From assembly GCA_038212275.1 (NCBI GenBank), contig JBBQUR010000016.1, positions 51,403 through 115,402 on the forward strand: a DNA stretch of 64,000 nt. The letters are read 5' to 3'. Every line of letters starts with the position of its first letter. The stretch's first letter is position 1. A model generated the notes under the pieces. That model did no database searches. It saw nothing but the letters and a program-made list of their open reading frames with translations, and was not told the origin of the DNA. Origin of the DNA: Planctomycetota bacterium. GTDB lineage: Bacteria; Planctomycetota; B15-G4. Both the position numbers and the translations under genes were made by a program. This document shows, piece after piece, positions 9,920 through 19,051 of this stretch.

Positions 9920-11002
9920 ATGAAAATCACCACCATCGAGCAGGCCGGTTACGAGCGCGTCGCGAAGTGCGAAGACCCTGCCGCGGGCCTCACCGCCTAC
10001 ATCGCCGTGCACAACACCACGCTGGGCCCGGCCCTCGGCGGCCTGCGCATGTGGAGTTACGAAAGCGAGAAGGCCGCCATCACGGACGTGCTGCGCCTCT
10101 CGCGCGGCATGACCTTCAAGTCCAGCGTCGCGAAGACGGGCCTGGGCGGCGGCAAGTCGGTGATCGTCGGCAATCCGCGCACCGACAAGACGGCCAAGCT
10201 CTTCGAGGCCATGGGTCGCTTCGTGGACAGCTTCGGCGGCCAGTACATCACGGCCGAGGATGTCGGCGTCGGCATCGAGGACCTGATGCACGTGCGCAAG
10301 ACCACCAAGTGGGTGACGGGCCTTTCGCGCGCCGACGGCGGCAGCGGCAACCCGAGCCCCTACACGGCGCTCGGCTGCTTCGAGGGCGTCAAGGCCGCGG
10401 CCATCGAGGCCTGGGGCAGCGACGATCTCAAGGGCAAGGTCGTGGCGATGCAGGGTCCGGGCAACGTGGGCTTCCCGCTCGGCGAGCAGCTCGTGAAGGC
10501 CGGCGCGCGCCTCGTCGTGTGCGACGTGAACCAGGAGAACGTGGACCGCGCGGTCAAGCAGCTCGGCGCGCAGGCCGTCATGCCCAATGACATCTACGAC
10601 GTGCCGTGCGACATCTTCTCGCCCTGCGCGCTCGGCGGCATTCTCAATGACGACACGATCCCGCGCCTGAAGTGCAAGGTCATCGCGGGCGCCGCGAACA
10701 ACCAGCTGCTGGACGAGGTCAAGCACGCGGCGGCCGTCACCGCGCGCGGCCTGGTCTACGCGCCGGACTACGTGATCAACGCCGGCGGCATCATCAACGT
10801 GTCGCTGGAGCTGGAGCCGGGTGGCTACAACGAGGCCGCCGCGGTGAAGAAGATCCAGAACATCTTCGAGGCGCTGCGCTCCATCTTCGAGACCGCCCGC
10901 AAGCAGAAGATCACGACGCACGCCGCCGCCCAGGCCGTGGCCGAGGCCAACCTCGCCGCCGGCCCCGCGAAGAAGAAGGCTGCAGCTCCCGCGGCGCGCT
11001 GA
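9920..11002 (+). CDS. Glu/Leu/Phe/Val dehydrogenase (leucine dehydrogenase-like)
   Basis: HNTTLGPALGGLRM, GLGGGKSVI, YITAEDVG, GNPSPYTA, AGAANNQL, APDYVINAGG. Confidence 0.93.
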   Translation: MKITTIEQAGYERVAKCEDPAAGLTAYIAVHNTTLGPALGGLRMWSYESEKAAITDVLRLSRGMTFKSSVAKTGLGGGKSVIVGNPRTDKTAKLFEAMGRFVDSFGGQYITAEDVGVGIEDLMHVRKTTKWVTGLSRADGGSGNPSPYTALGCFEGVKAAAIEAWGSDDLKGKVVAMQGPGNVGFPLGEQLVKAGARLVVCDVNQENVDRAVKQLGAQAVMPNDIYDVPCDIFSPCALGGILNDDTIPRLKCKVIAGAANNQLLDEVKHAAAVTARGLVYAPDYVINAGGIINVSLELEPGGYNEAAAVKKIQNIFEALRSIFETARKQKITTHAAAQAVAEANLAAGPAKKKAAAPAAR

Positions 11003-11059
11003 GGCTGATCCTCCTGCGGCGCGCTTGAAGCGAGGCCTCCGCGGCGCGAGTCTCTGGCG

Positions 11060-12829
11060 ATGTCCGTCGTCCCGCCCGCCGCTTCCGCAGAACACCCGGC
11101 GTCCGGCGGATCCGATGAGCCCTCGAGTGGATCAGGCGCCTCCGGTGCTGCGGGCGCTGCCGAGGCCGCTGGCGCCGCCGGGGCGCCCGTGAAGCACGCG
11201 CCCGCCGACGAGAAACACTTCCTTCACTCCGCGTGGACGGTGTCCGCGCTCACGATGCTGTCGCGCGTGCTGGGGCTCGTGCGCGACCAGATCACGGGCG
11301 CTCTGCTCGGCGCCGGAGCAGTCAACGACGCGCTGATCTGGGCGTGGTCCATCCCGAACATGTTCCGGCGGCTCTTCGGCGAGGGCGCGCTGTCGTCGGC
11401 CTTCGTGCCGATCTACTCGCGCGTGCTCGAGAAAGAGGGCGTGGCGCGCGCGCGCCAGGTCAGCAACCAGGTCATCTCGTCGCTTGCGATCTTCCTCACC
11501 GTGCTCGCGGCGGCCATGGCGCTGATCACGCTGCTGATGCCGCCGCAATGGCTGGCGGACTGGACCGGCAAGGATCTCGCCAAGGCCGAGCTCATGCTGC
11601 GCTACACGGCGCTGCTCACGCCGTATCTCGCCTTCATCTGCGTCATCGCGCAATTCATGGGCGTGATGAATGCGATGGGCGAGTTCGCCATCCCCGCGAT
11701 CGCATCCGTGATCCTCAACCTGATGTGGGTCGCCGGCGTCATTGCCGCCGCGTGGCTGATGGGCACGACGGCGAGCACGCCCGAAGCGCTCGAGGCGCTC
11801 AACGCGCGACAGGGTTACGTCATCGCCAGCGCGATCCTGATCTCCGGCCTGCTGCAGTTCCTGTGGCACCTGCCGGGACTGAAGCGGCTCGGCGTGGGCT
11901 TCGCCTTCACGCTGCCGCGTCGCACTGCGGAGCTCAAGGCCGTGCTCGCGTCCACGGGACCGATGCTCATCGGCATGGGCGCCGTGCAGCTCAACATCCT
12001 GATCGATCGCGCCGTCGCCGAAGGCTTCCTCTCGGACGGAGCCGTCACGCACCTCTACTACGGCCAGCGGATCATGCAGTTCCCGCAGGGTCTGGTGTCG
12101 GCTGCGCTGGTGTCCGCGGTGTTCCCGGCGCTGGCGCGCATGTCCTTGCGCGGCGACGGGAAGAGCGTCGTGGCCACCACCAGCCTGGCCATCCGCGTGA
12201 ACTCGCTTCTCACGCTGCCGGCGGCCATCGGCTTCATCGTGCTGGCCGCGCCGATCGTGGCCCTGCTCTTCGAGCACGGCCACTTCGATGCCTCGGCCTC
12301 CGCGCTGACGGGGCGAGCCCTCATCGGCTTCTCGCTGGGCATCCCGTTCGCCGGCATGAACATGCTGCTGGCCCGCGCCTTCTACGCCCACGGCGACGTG
12401 CGCACGCCGATGCGCATCGGGTTGTTGGCCGTCGCGGTCAACGTCTTGCTCGATTTCGCGCTTGTCGGGCCGTTCGCGGAGCTGGGCCTCGCGCTGGCAA
12501 CCTCGGTGGCGACGGCCGTCAATTCGTGGATGCTGCTCACGGCCTTCCGCGCGCGGATGAGGCTGCCGCGCGAGGAGCGCCTGCTCTCGGGCCTGGCTCC
12601 CGCACTCGGTCTCACGGCGCTCATGGGCGTCGTCGTGTGGGGCGTCGACTTCGGTGTCGAGCGCGCGGTGGCTGCGGCGGACTGGCCGGCCGGCGGCCTG
12701 CTCACGCTGGGCGTGCGCTGCGGCGTCGGCATCGGCGCAGGCCTGGCCGTCTACCTCGGCCTCGCCAGCCGCCTCTGCCCGCAGGAATGGAACGAGCTCT
12801 CCCGCCTCTGGCGGCGCCGCCCCGCCTGA
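11060..12829 (+). CDS. murJ: Lipid II flippase MurJ/MviN
   Basis: TMLSRVLGLVRD, IPNMFRRLFGEGALSSAFVP, LYYGQRIMQFP, RAFYAHGDVRTP and many TM helices. Confidence 0.93.
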   Translation: MSVVPPAASAEHPASGGSDEPSSGSGASGAAGAAEAAGAAGAPVKHAPADEKHFLHSAWTVSALTMLSRVLGLVRDQITGALLGAGAVNDALIWAWSIPNMFRRLFGEGALSSAFVPIYSRVLEKEGVARARQVSNQVISSLAIFLTVLAAAMALITLLMPPQWLADWTGKDLAKAELMLRYTALLTPYLAFICVIAQFMGVMNAMGEFAIPAIASVILNLMWVAGVIAAAWLMGTTASTPEALEALNARQGYVIASAILISGLLQFLWHLPGLKRLGVGFAFTLPRRTAELKAVLASTGPMLIGMGAVQLNILIDRAVAEGFLSDGAVTHLYYGQRIMQFPQGLVSAALVSAVFPALARMSLRGDGKSVVATTSLAIRVNSLLTLPAAIGFIVLAAPIVALLFEHGHFDASASALTGRALIGFSLGIPFAGMNMLLARAFYAHGDVRTPMRIGLLAVAVNVLLDFALVGPFAELGLALATSVATAVNSWMLLTAFRARMRLPREERLLSGLAPALGLTALMGVVVWGVDFGVERAVAAADWPAGGLLTLGVRCGVGIGAGLAVYLGLASRLCPQEWNELSRLWRRRPA

Positions 12830-13037
12830 ACACCGCGCGCCGCGCCGCGCGCCTGTCTGCCCACCCGTGTGCCCGCCTGCCTGCGCACTTGTGTGATGTA
12901 GAGGCACTGCCTCAACATCACACAGGTCGCGAGAGAGGGGGGCGCACGAGCTCTTCGGCTCGCGGTCGGGCGGTGATCGCGACGGATCGGCCTGCTGCGG
13001 CGACCGCCAGCCGACTGGCGCGGCTAAGATGTCGCGC

Positions 13038-13409
13038 ATGACTGCCGAGCCGACCGCCTCCGCCGCTGCTTCCGTCTGCAGGCCGCTGCCGGCCGGCACG
13101 CGCGCGCGGGTCGTCGCGCTGGTGCGGCCGGTGCGCCTGGACGCCGTGATGGAGGCGCTTGCCGTCCTGGGCGCCGACGCGCCGCGCGACGTGCTCATCG
13201 AGCAGGTGCGCGGCTACGGCCGCCAGAAGACGCACCTCGACTTCTACGAGGAAGGGCCCTGCGAGGGCGGCTTCGTGCCGAAGGTCCGCCTGCAATTCAC
13301 GGTGGACGCGGCGGGCCTCGACGCGGCGGTGACCGCGCTGCGCACCGGCGCGCGCACCGGCCGCATCGGCGACGGCAAGGTCTTCATCCACGCGGTGGAG
13401 CGCGCATGA
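13038..13409 (+). CDS. P-II family signal transduction protein (divergent T-loop)
   Basis: VRGYGRQK...FVPKVRL and ARTGRIGDGKVF. Confidence 0.88.
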   Translation: MTAEPTASAAASVCRPLPAGTRARVVALVRPVRLDAVMEALAVLGADAPRDVLIEQVRGYGRQKTHLDFYEEGPCEGGFVPKVRLQFTVDAAGLDAAVTALRTGARTGRIGDGKVFIHAVERA

Positions 13410-14302
13410 CCGCACCCGACGCGACGCCCGACTCCGCGCGCGACGCGACGCGCGATGCGACGCCCGACGCCACTCCCGACATCTGGGAAGAAATCGTCGC
13501 GTGCCGGCGCCGGGGCGAGGCCGCCGCGCTGGCGACCATCGTCTCGACCATCGGCAGCACGCCGGGCAAGGACCCGATGAAGATGCTCGTGCGCGGCGAC
13601 GGCACCTTCGTCGGCAGCGTCGGCGGCGGCTGCCTCGAGGCCGAGGTGTGGGAGCACGCGCGCGCCGTCATGCAGAGCCTGCAGCCGATGACGGTCACGT
13701 TCACGCTTACGGAGAAGGACTACCCGGACAGCGGTCTCATCTGCGGCGGCTCGCTCAGCATCTTCATCGAGCCGGTGACGCAGCCGTCCGTGCACGTCTT
13801 CGGCGCGGGGCACGTCGGCCTCGCGACGGCGCGCCTCGCGCATGAGGCCGGCTTCCGCGTCACGCTCTACGACGACCGCCCCGACATGCTCGCGCCGGCG
13901 CGCGTCGGCCCGGGCATCGCGTGCGTCGCCGGGGAGTTCGAGGAGACCGCCGCGCATGCACCGCTGGGCGACATGGCGCACGTCCTCGTGGTGACGCGCG
14001 GCCACCACGACGATGAGCGCGTGCTGCGCTGCCTCGCGCGCGGCCGCCGCAACCCGCGCTTCCTCGGCATGATCGGCAGCCGTTCCAAGCGCACGCTCCT
14101 GCTGCGGCGCCTCGGCAGCGAGGGCATCGAGCAGGCCTGGCTCGACCGCATCATCTCGCCCGTCGGCCTGCCGATCGGCGCGCGCACGGCGCCGGAAATC
14201 GCGGTCTCCATCGTGGCCCAGCTCATCGAGCGCTGCCGCGGCGGCGGGATGGGCAACGAAGCCGCACGCTCCGCCGCACGCGCCCGGCAGGCGTCGCCTT
14301 GA
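13406..14302 (+). CDS. XdhC/CoxI family molybdoenzyme accessory protein
   Basis: GSTPG, GSVGGGCLE, GLICGG, FGAGHVG, TRGHHDD, GMIGSRSK, PVGLPIGARTAPEIAVSI. ATGA overlap with the P-II gene. Confidence 0.92.
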   Translation: MTAPDATPDSARDATRDATPDATPDIWEEIVACRRRGEAAALATIVSTIGSTPGKDPMKMLVRGDGTFVGSVGGGCLEAEVWEHARAVMQSLQPMTVTFTLTEKDYPDSGLICGGSLSIFIEPVTQPSVHVFGAGHVGLATARLAHEAGFRVTLYDDRPDMLAPARVGPGIACVAGEFEETAAHAPLGDMAHVLVVTRGHHDDERVLRCLARGRRNPRFLGMIGSRSKRTLLLRRLGSEGIEQAWLDRIISPVGLPIGARTAPEIAVSIVAQLIERCRGGGMGNEAARSAARARQASP

Positions 14303-14321
14303 CCGCTCTCTCGGCGGCCCC

Positions 14322-14348
14322 GTAACCTTTCCCGTTTCGTCCTCGTAC
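14322..14348 (+). promoter_or_regulatory. Putative ECF-sigma promoter upstream of the TPR gene
   Basis: GTAACC...CGTAC with AAC-N17-CGT spacing. Confidence 0.45.
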
Positions 14349-14432
14349 AGAGGAGGGCGGCCTGGAGGCGGTCAACCGCCGCAGGTCTGGCCTGCCAGTC
14401 CGCAACGCTGCGCCCCGACGCCGGAGTGTCCC

Positions 14433-15599
14433 GTGATCCTGAACACCGTGAAGACCGCGATGCTGCCGCTGCGCCCGCTGCTGTTCGTCCTCGCGCTCAC
14501 AATGCTTGCGGGCAGCCTGCGTGCCGACACCATCACGATGTTCGACGGCACGGTGATCGACGGCGTGCGCGTCAAGACCGAGTCCTGGGAGAAGGTCGAG
14601 TACCTCAAGCCCAAGGTGACGACGCTTCAGAGCGCCCAGTCGGCGGACGTGAAGGACGTCGTGTACGGCCAGACGAGCAAGGACTACATCGCGGCCCTCG
14701 CGCTGATCGACGAGGGCAACGTCGTCGACGCCACGCGTTACTTCGAAGCGGTCTTCAGCGACGAGTCGCTGCCGGAGCCGCTGCGCGCGGCGGCCGGTGC
14801 GGAGCGCGCCGATCGCCTCCTGTCGATCGGGCAGCTCGACCTGGCCCTCGATGCCTACGGCCAGCTCCTGACCGCCTTCCCCAACACTCGCCAGCTGCCG
14901 CGCGCGCTGCTGGGCAAGGGCCGCGCGCTGTTCTTCAAGAAGCTCAACGACGAGGCCCGCACGGCCTTCGAGAAGCTGAAGTCGGAAGTGGACGCCAAGA
15001 AGCTCGGCGAGCTGTGGCTCATGCAGGCCGACTACAACCTCCTGCTCCTCGACGAAGTGTCGGGCGGCAAGCCCGAGGAGACCGCGAAGGGCTACGAGGC
15101 CCTGCGCAGCGCGGCGGGCACGCGCTTCCCGCTCATCGCGAGTCAGGCGGAGCTCGGTCTTGCCCGCGCCAACTTCGCCGCCCAGAAGTACGACGCGGCG
15201 CTGCCGCTCTACGAGGACATCATCGACAAGCGGCTGGATTCATCGAAGGACATCGTGGCCGCCGCCTTCAACGGCCGCGGGCAGATCAACTTCGCGGTGG
15301 CCGGAGCGGCGATCGAGCGCTCACAGAAAGCCGGCGCCAAAGGAGACAAGGCCAAGGCCGATTCGGAACACGAGAACGCGATGGAGGCCTACGCCGCCGC
15401 GCGGCTCGACTTCCTGCGAGTCGTCACCAGCTATCCGGACGTGGTCGCGCAGCAGCCCGACGCGATGTATTACGCCGCGCAGTGCTTCATCAACATCGGC
15501 GGACCGGACTCGGACGCCCGCGCCCGGTCGCTGCTCGCCCGCTGCGCGCAGCGGTATCCCGAGACCGCGTCGGGCAAGAAGGCAGCCGCCGCGAAGTGA
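14433..15599 (+). CDS. Exported tetratricopeptide-repeat protein
   Basis: Signal peptide (LRA-DT) and helical TPR-like repeats (AFPNT, SYPD...AMYYAAQ). The start could be 14460. Confidence 0.8.
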   Translation: MILNTVKTAMLPLRPLLFVLALTMLAGSLRADTITMFDGTVIDGVRVKTESWEKVEYLKPKVTTLQSAQSADVKDVVYGQTSKDYIAALALIDEGNVVDATRYFEAVFSDESLPEPLRAAAGAERADRLLSIGQLDLALDAYGQLLTAFPNTRQLPRALLGKGRALFFKKLNDEARTAFEKLKSEVDAKKLGELWLMQADYNLLLLDEVSGGKPEETAKGYEALRSAAGTRFPLIASQAELGLARANFAAQKYDAALPLYEDIIDKRLDSSKDIVAAAFNGRGQINFAVAGAAIERSQKAGAKGDKAKADSEHENAMEAYAAARLDFLRVVTSYPDVVAQQPDAMYYAAQCFINIGGPDSDARARSLLARCAQRYPETASGKKAAAAK

Positions 15600-15624
15600 C
15601 GGCGCGGCCTCCCGCACTGCACCC

Positions 15625-16308
15625 GTGAAGAGCTTCCGCGTCTCGCCGCTGCTGCCGCGCTCGTCGCTCGAGGCCTTCGGCTTCGACTTCTTTCACGGCC
15701 TGTTCCGGCTGGTGCTGCGCACGCTGTACCGCATGAGCCTGGCGGACACGCGCGCGCTGCCGGACGGCGCCGTGATTCTGGCCGCCAATCACCGCTCCTT
15801 CATCGACCCGCTCGTGCTGGGCCAGGCCACCGAGCGCCGCACCACCTTCATGATGAAGGGCAAGTACTACGACCTGCCGGCGCTCAACTGGTTCTTCCGG
15901 ATGTCGCGCTGCATCATCGTGGATTCCGAGCGCGATAATCGCTCGACGCTGCGCGCGGCGAAGGAGGTGCTGGAGGCGGGAGGCGTGCTGGGCATCTTCC
16001 CCGAGGGGCACATCTCGGACGACGGCAACCTGCAGGCGGGGCAGGCAGGCGTCGCGTGGCTGGCGCGCCGCACCGGAGCGCCGGTCTATCCCGTGCACCT
16101 CGGCGGCACGCGCGAGGCGCTGAAGAAGCGCGACAAGCGGATGCACCTGTCGCATGTGACGATGCGAGTGGGTGAGCCGCTCTCCATCGCGGACTACCCC
16201 GACACGCGCGAAGGCGCCGAGGCCTTCACCGTCGCGCTCATGCAGGCGATCCGCGAGCTGGGAGCGCCCCGCGCAAGCCGCGCCGGCTCGCCGCGCAACG
16301 CCGCCTGA
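15625..16308 (+). CDS. 1-acyl-sn-glycerol-3-phosphate acyltransferase (PlsC family)
   Basis: ANHRSFID (HX4D) and IFPEG motifs. GTG start inferred. Confidence 0.88.
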   Translation: MKSFRVSPLLPRSSLEAFGFDFFHGLFRLVLRTLYRMSLADTRALPDGAVILAANHRSFIDPLVLGQATERRTTFMMKGKYYDLPALNWFFRMSRCIIVDSERDNRSTLRAAKEVLEAGGVLGIFPEGHISDDGNLQAGQAGVAWLARRTGAPVYPVHLGGTREALKKRDKRMHLSHVTMRVGEPLSIADYPDTREGAEAFTVALMQAIRELGAPRASRAGSPRNAA

Positions 16309-16808
16309 ATCGGCCGTGCCGTAGCGTGCCGTAGCGCGTGCCGTGCCTTGGTGTGCCGCGGTGCGGTCTGCAGCGGCGACGGCAGCGACGGTTATTTCCT
16401 CGTGTCGGCGCCATCAGGTCTCCACTCCGTGCGGGGTCGGTTCGAGGACGCGGAGCAGGCGATGGCGCAGGGGGCGGCGCGCGTGGACACACGAGTGATC
16501 GGAGGCGCGTGATGATTTCGCGGGAGGGGGCTGAGGCTGTCGGCGTGACGCCGAGAACAGGCAGCCAGGAAGCTGGTGTATCGCCCAGCGAACTGTCGGC
16601 AGAACGGTGCGGCGCCGCGACCTGCGATCTGCGCGGTGAGCACCCCGGCCATGCCCCCTGCGGCGCGCCCGGCAGTGAGCCCGGCCCTGCGCCTAGCCTT
16701 GCGCCCCGCCCTGCGCCCGGCCTTGCGTCCGGCGATCCGGCCGGCGACGCGCCCGGCGATGCGCCCCGCAGCGCGCCGACCGACGTCACCGGCGATGGCG
16801 TGGGGGGG

Positions 16809-17369
16809 ATGGATGAGCCGGCGTCGCCTTCGGTGCCGCAGGTGCCGGAACGGGAGCTGCAGCGCAGGCTGCTGTGTTTCGCGCGGCGCTTCCTCCGCGA
16901 TCGGACGGAGGCCGAGGACGTCATGCAGGAGACGCTCCTGCGGGCCCGGCAAAGCGAAACCCGGCTTCGGACTCCGGAGCGGGCCGAGGCCTGGTTGTTC
17001 CGTATCTGTCGACACGCCGCCATCGACCATCGGCGGGCTCGCAGAGTGCGGGAGCGGGTCTGGCATCCACTGACCGAGGAGCGTGCCGAATGCGCGGCTG
17101 CGGTGCCGGCAGCGCCCGCGGGCCATCCGTCGGCCCGGGTCGTGCGCGTCCTGCGAAGCCTTCCGGCGCATCACCGGGTGCTCATGAGCCTGCATTACGA
17201 GCGCGGCCTGCCGCAGGGGGCGATCTGCCAGTTGACCGGCCTGTCCACCTCCGCGCTGCGAGTCCGGTTGTTTCGCGCGCGCGGCGCGCTGTCGACGCGA
17301 GGCGGCACGGGCGGCACGGGCGGCTCGAGCGGCCATGGCGTCAAGCGCGAACGACTCGCGGGCCGATAG
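16809..17369 (+). CDS. ECF RNA polymerase sigma factor
   Basis: AEDVMQETLLRA, WLFRICRHAAIDHRR, and region 4 LP...LRVRLFRAR. Start uncertain because the ORF is open from 16338. Confidence 0.85.
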   Translation: MDEPASPSVPQVPERELQRRLLCFARRFLRDRTEAEDVMQETLLRARQSETRLRTPERAEAWLFRICRHAAIDHRRARRVRERVWHPLTEERAECAAAVPAAPAGHPSARVVRVLRSLPAHHRVLMSLHYERGLPQGAICQLTGLSTSALRVRLFRARGALSTRGGTGGTGGSSGHGVKRERLAGR

Positions 17370-17441
17370 AGAGCCGTCCATGTCAGCGGCCTGTGGGGCG
17401 TGCCGTCCGGGCGGCCCCACGTTTCCGGGCACCACCACGCC

Positions 17442-18935
17442 ATGCTCTCCGCCTCCCACGGGGCCAAGCGCGCTCTCGAACTCGTCGCAGCGACGCTTGC
17501 GCTCGTCCTTCAGCTGCCGCTCGTTCCGATCGTGGCGCTGGCCATCGTGGTCGAGTCGCGCGGGCCGGTCTTCGTGCTCCGCCCCGCGGTGGGCGTGCAG
17601 CTTCGGCGGCCGCGCGCGGGCAGGGACGTCTCGGACCACCCGCGTCGCGTGCACGACGTCGGCGGCGCGCTGCTGCGGCTGCCCGAGTACCGGCTCACCA
17701 CGGTGCCGCGCGACGGGCAGCCCGCCCGGCTCACCCGGGTGGGCCGGCTGTTGCGCAGGACGCGACTCGCACAAGGTCCCCGCTTCCTCAGCGTGCTCCT
17801 CGGAGACCTCGCGCTGGTCGGCACGCGACCGCTTTCGCCGCAGTGCGTCGCGGAGCTGCGGGCGCGCGTGCCGGGCTGGGACGCACTGCTCGTCGGCCTG
17901 AAGCCCGGCCTTTTCGGGCCGGCGCAGGCGCAGGGTCGGCTCGGTGGCGGATGGGTCGCCGCGCTGCGTGACCGCGTGCTCTTCGAGGTCGATTACGCCG
18001 AGCGACTGTCGCATGCCACTCGTGTGCGCGACGTGCTGGCGCTCGACCTGTCGGTGGTGCGCGCGTGCTGCGCGCGCGCGCTGAGATCGCGCGTGCCGCT
18101 CGGGCACGAAGTCATCCGGATCGACGCGCCGTCGCAACTGCAGCAGGCGTCCGTGGACGTGCGGGCGCTTCTCCGGCCTGCCGGCAGCGGGCTCGCCGAT
18201 TCCGGCGTGCCGCGCCGCGGGCCGTCGGTGGAGCTGCACCAGCACGGCGCGCGGCTCACGGCCTTCTGGTATCCACCGCGACACCTCTCGCTGCACCGGT
18301 CGCTGCACCGGCCGACTGTCCGCCAGCCGGTGGCGCTGGGTCGGGCGGCTGCCATCGACCTGCTGCACACTGCCGACGAGCCGTTCGAAGCGCGCTGGGT
18401 CGTGCCCGAGGAGCGTCGCGATTGCCAGCTTCTCGTCGTGCACGCGCTGCGTGCAGACGGCGCGACGGCGACGCTGCCCCCCGACGAACTCCACGTGGAC
18501 CTGCCCGGCGGCTTGCACGAAGTGGCGCGCCTCTGCGAGCAATTCCTGCCGCTGTGGGAATCGTTGGGCCGCCGGCGCGGCGATGACGCGCTGCCGAACC
18601 GCGTGACGCGCCTGATGCTCGCCGGATTCTCGCGCCTCGCGGCGGGCCGGGAGGACGGGCGCATCACGCTCGACGTGCACGTCGCCGGGGACCGCATCGT
18701 GCTGCAGTTCACGGCACAGCTTCCGCTGCCCGGCCTGACCGAGCGGAGTGAGCAGCCGCTGCCGCGCATGGTGCTCGCGCCGTCGCTCGGTGCGGTGCCC
18801 GTGATGGCCGGCATGCCCGCGGCACTGGCCACGCCGGCGCCTCACCGGTCGCAGCCGCAGGCTCACGTGCCGGTCCCGTCACCCGCGCAGACGCAGGCGC
18901 TGAACCCTTCGCGACCGCCCTTCAGGCCGCACTGA
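17442..18935 (+). CDS. Divergent bacterial sugar transferase (monotopic PGT) domain fused to an unknown C-terminal region
   Basis: KRALE, ESRGPVF, RLTRVGRLLRRTRL, GDLALVGTRP and KPGLFGPAQ match the WcaJ/PglC family, but the catalytic DE reads AQ. About 280 extra C-terminal residues follow. Confidence 0.75.
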   Translation: MLSASHGAKRALELVAATLALVLQLPLVPIVALAIVVESRGPVFVLRPAVGVQLRRPRAGRDVSDHPRRVHDVGGALLRLPEYRLTTVPRDGQPARLTRVGRLLRRTRLAQGPRFLSVLLGDLALVGTRPLSPQCVAELRARVPGWDALLVGLKPGLFGPAQAQGRLGGGWVAALRDRVLFEVDYAERLSHATRVRDVLALDLSVVRACCARALRSRVPLGHEVIRIDAPSQLQQASVDVRALLRPAGSGLADSGVPRRGPSVELHQHGARLTAFWYPPRHLSLHRSLHRPTVRQPVALGRAAAIDLLHTADEPFEARWVVPEERRDCQLLVVHALRADGATATLPPDELHVDLPGGLHEVARLCEQFLPLWESLGRRRGDDALPNRVTRLMLAGFSRLAAGREDGRITLDVHVAGDRIVLQFTAQLPLPGLTERSEQPLPRMVLAPSLGAVPVMAGMPAALATPAPHRSQPQAHVPVPSPAQTQALNPSRPPFRPH

Positions 18936-19051
18936 AGCGTCGCGTCGCGTCACGCGCGTGGCGTGGCGCCGTGCGCCTCTCGGTGCGGCCTCGCCGTGCA
19001 CCTTGCGGGGGCTTCCCTTCGGCGCGGGCTGGCAGACACAATGCCCGGCCC

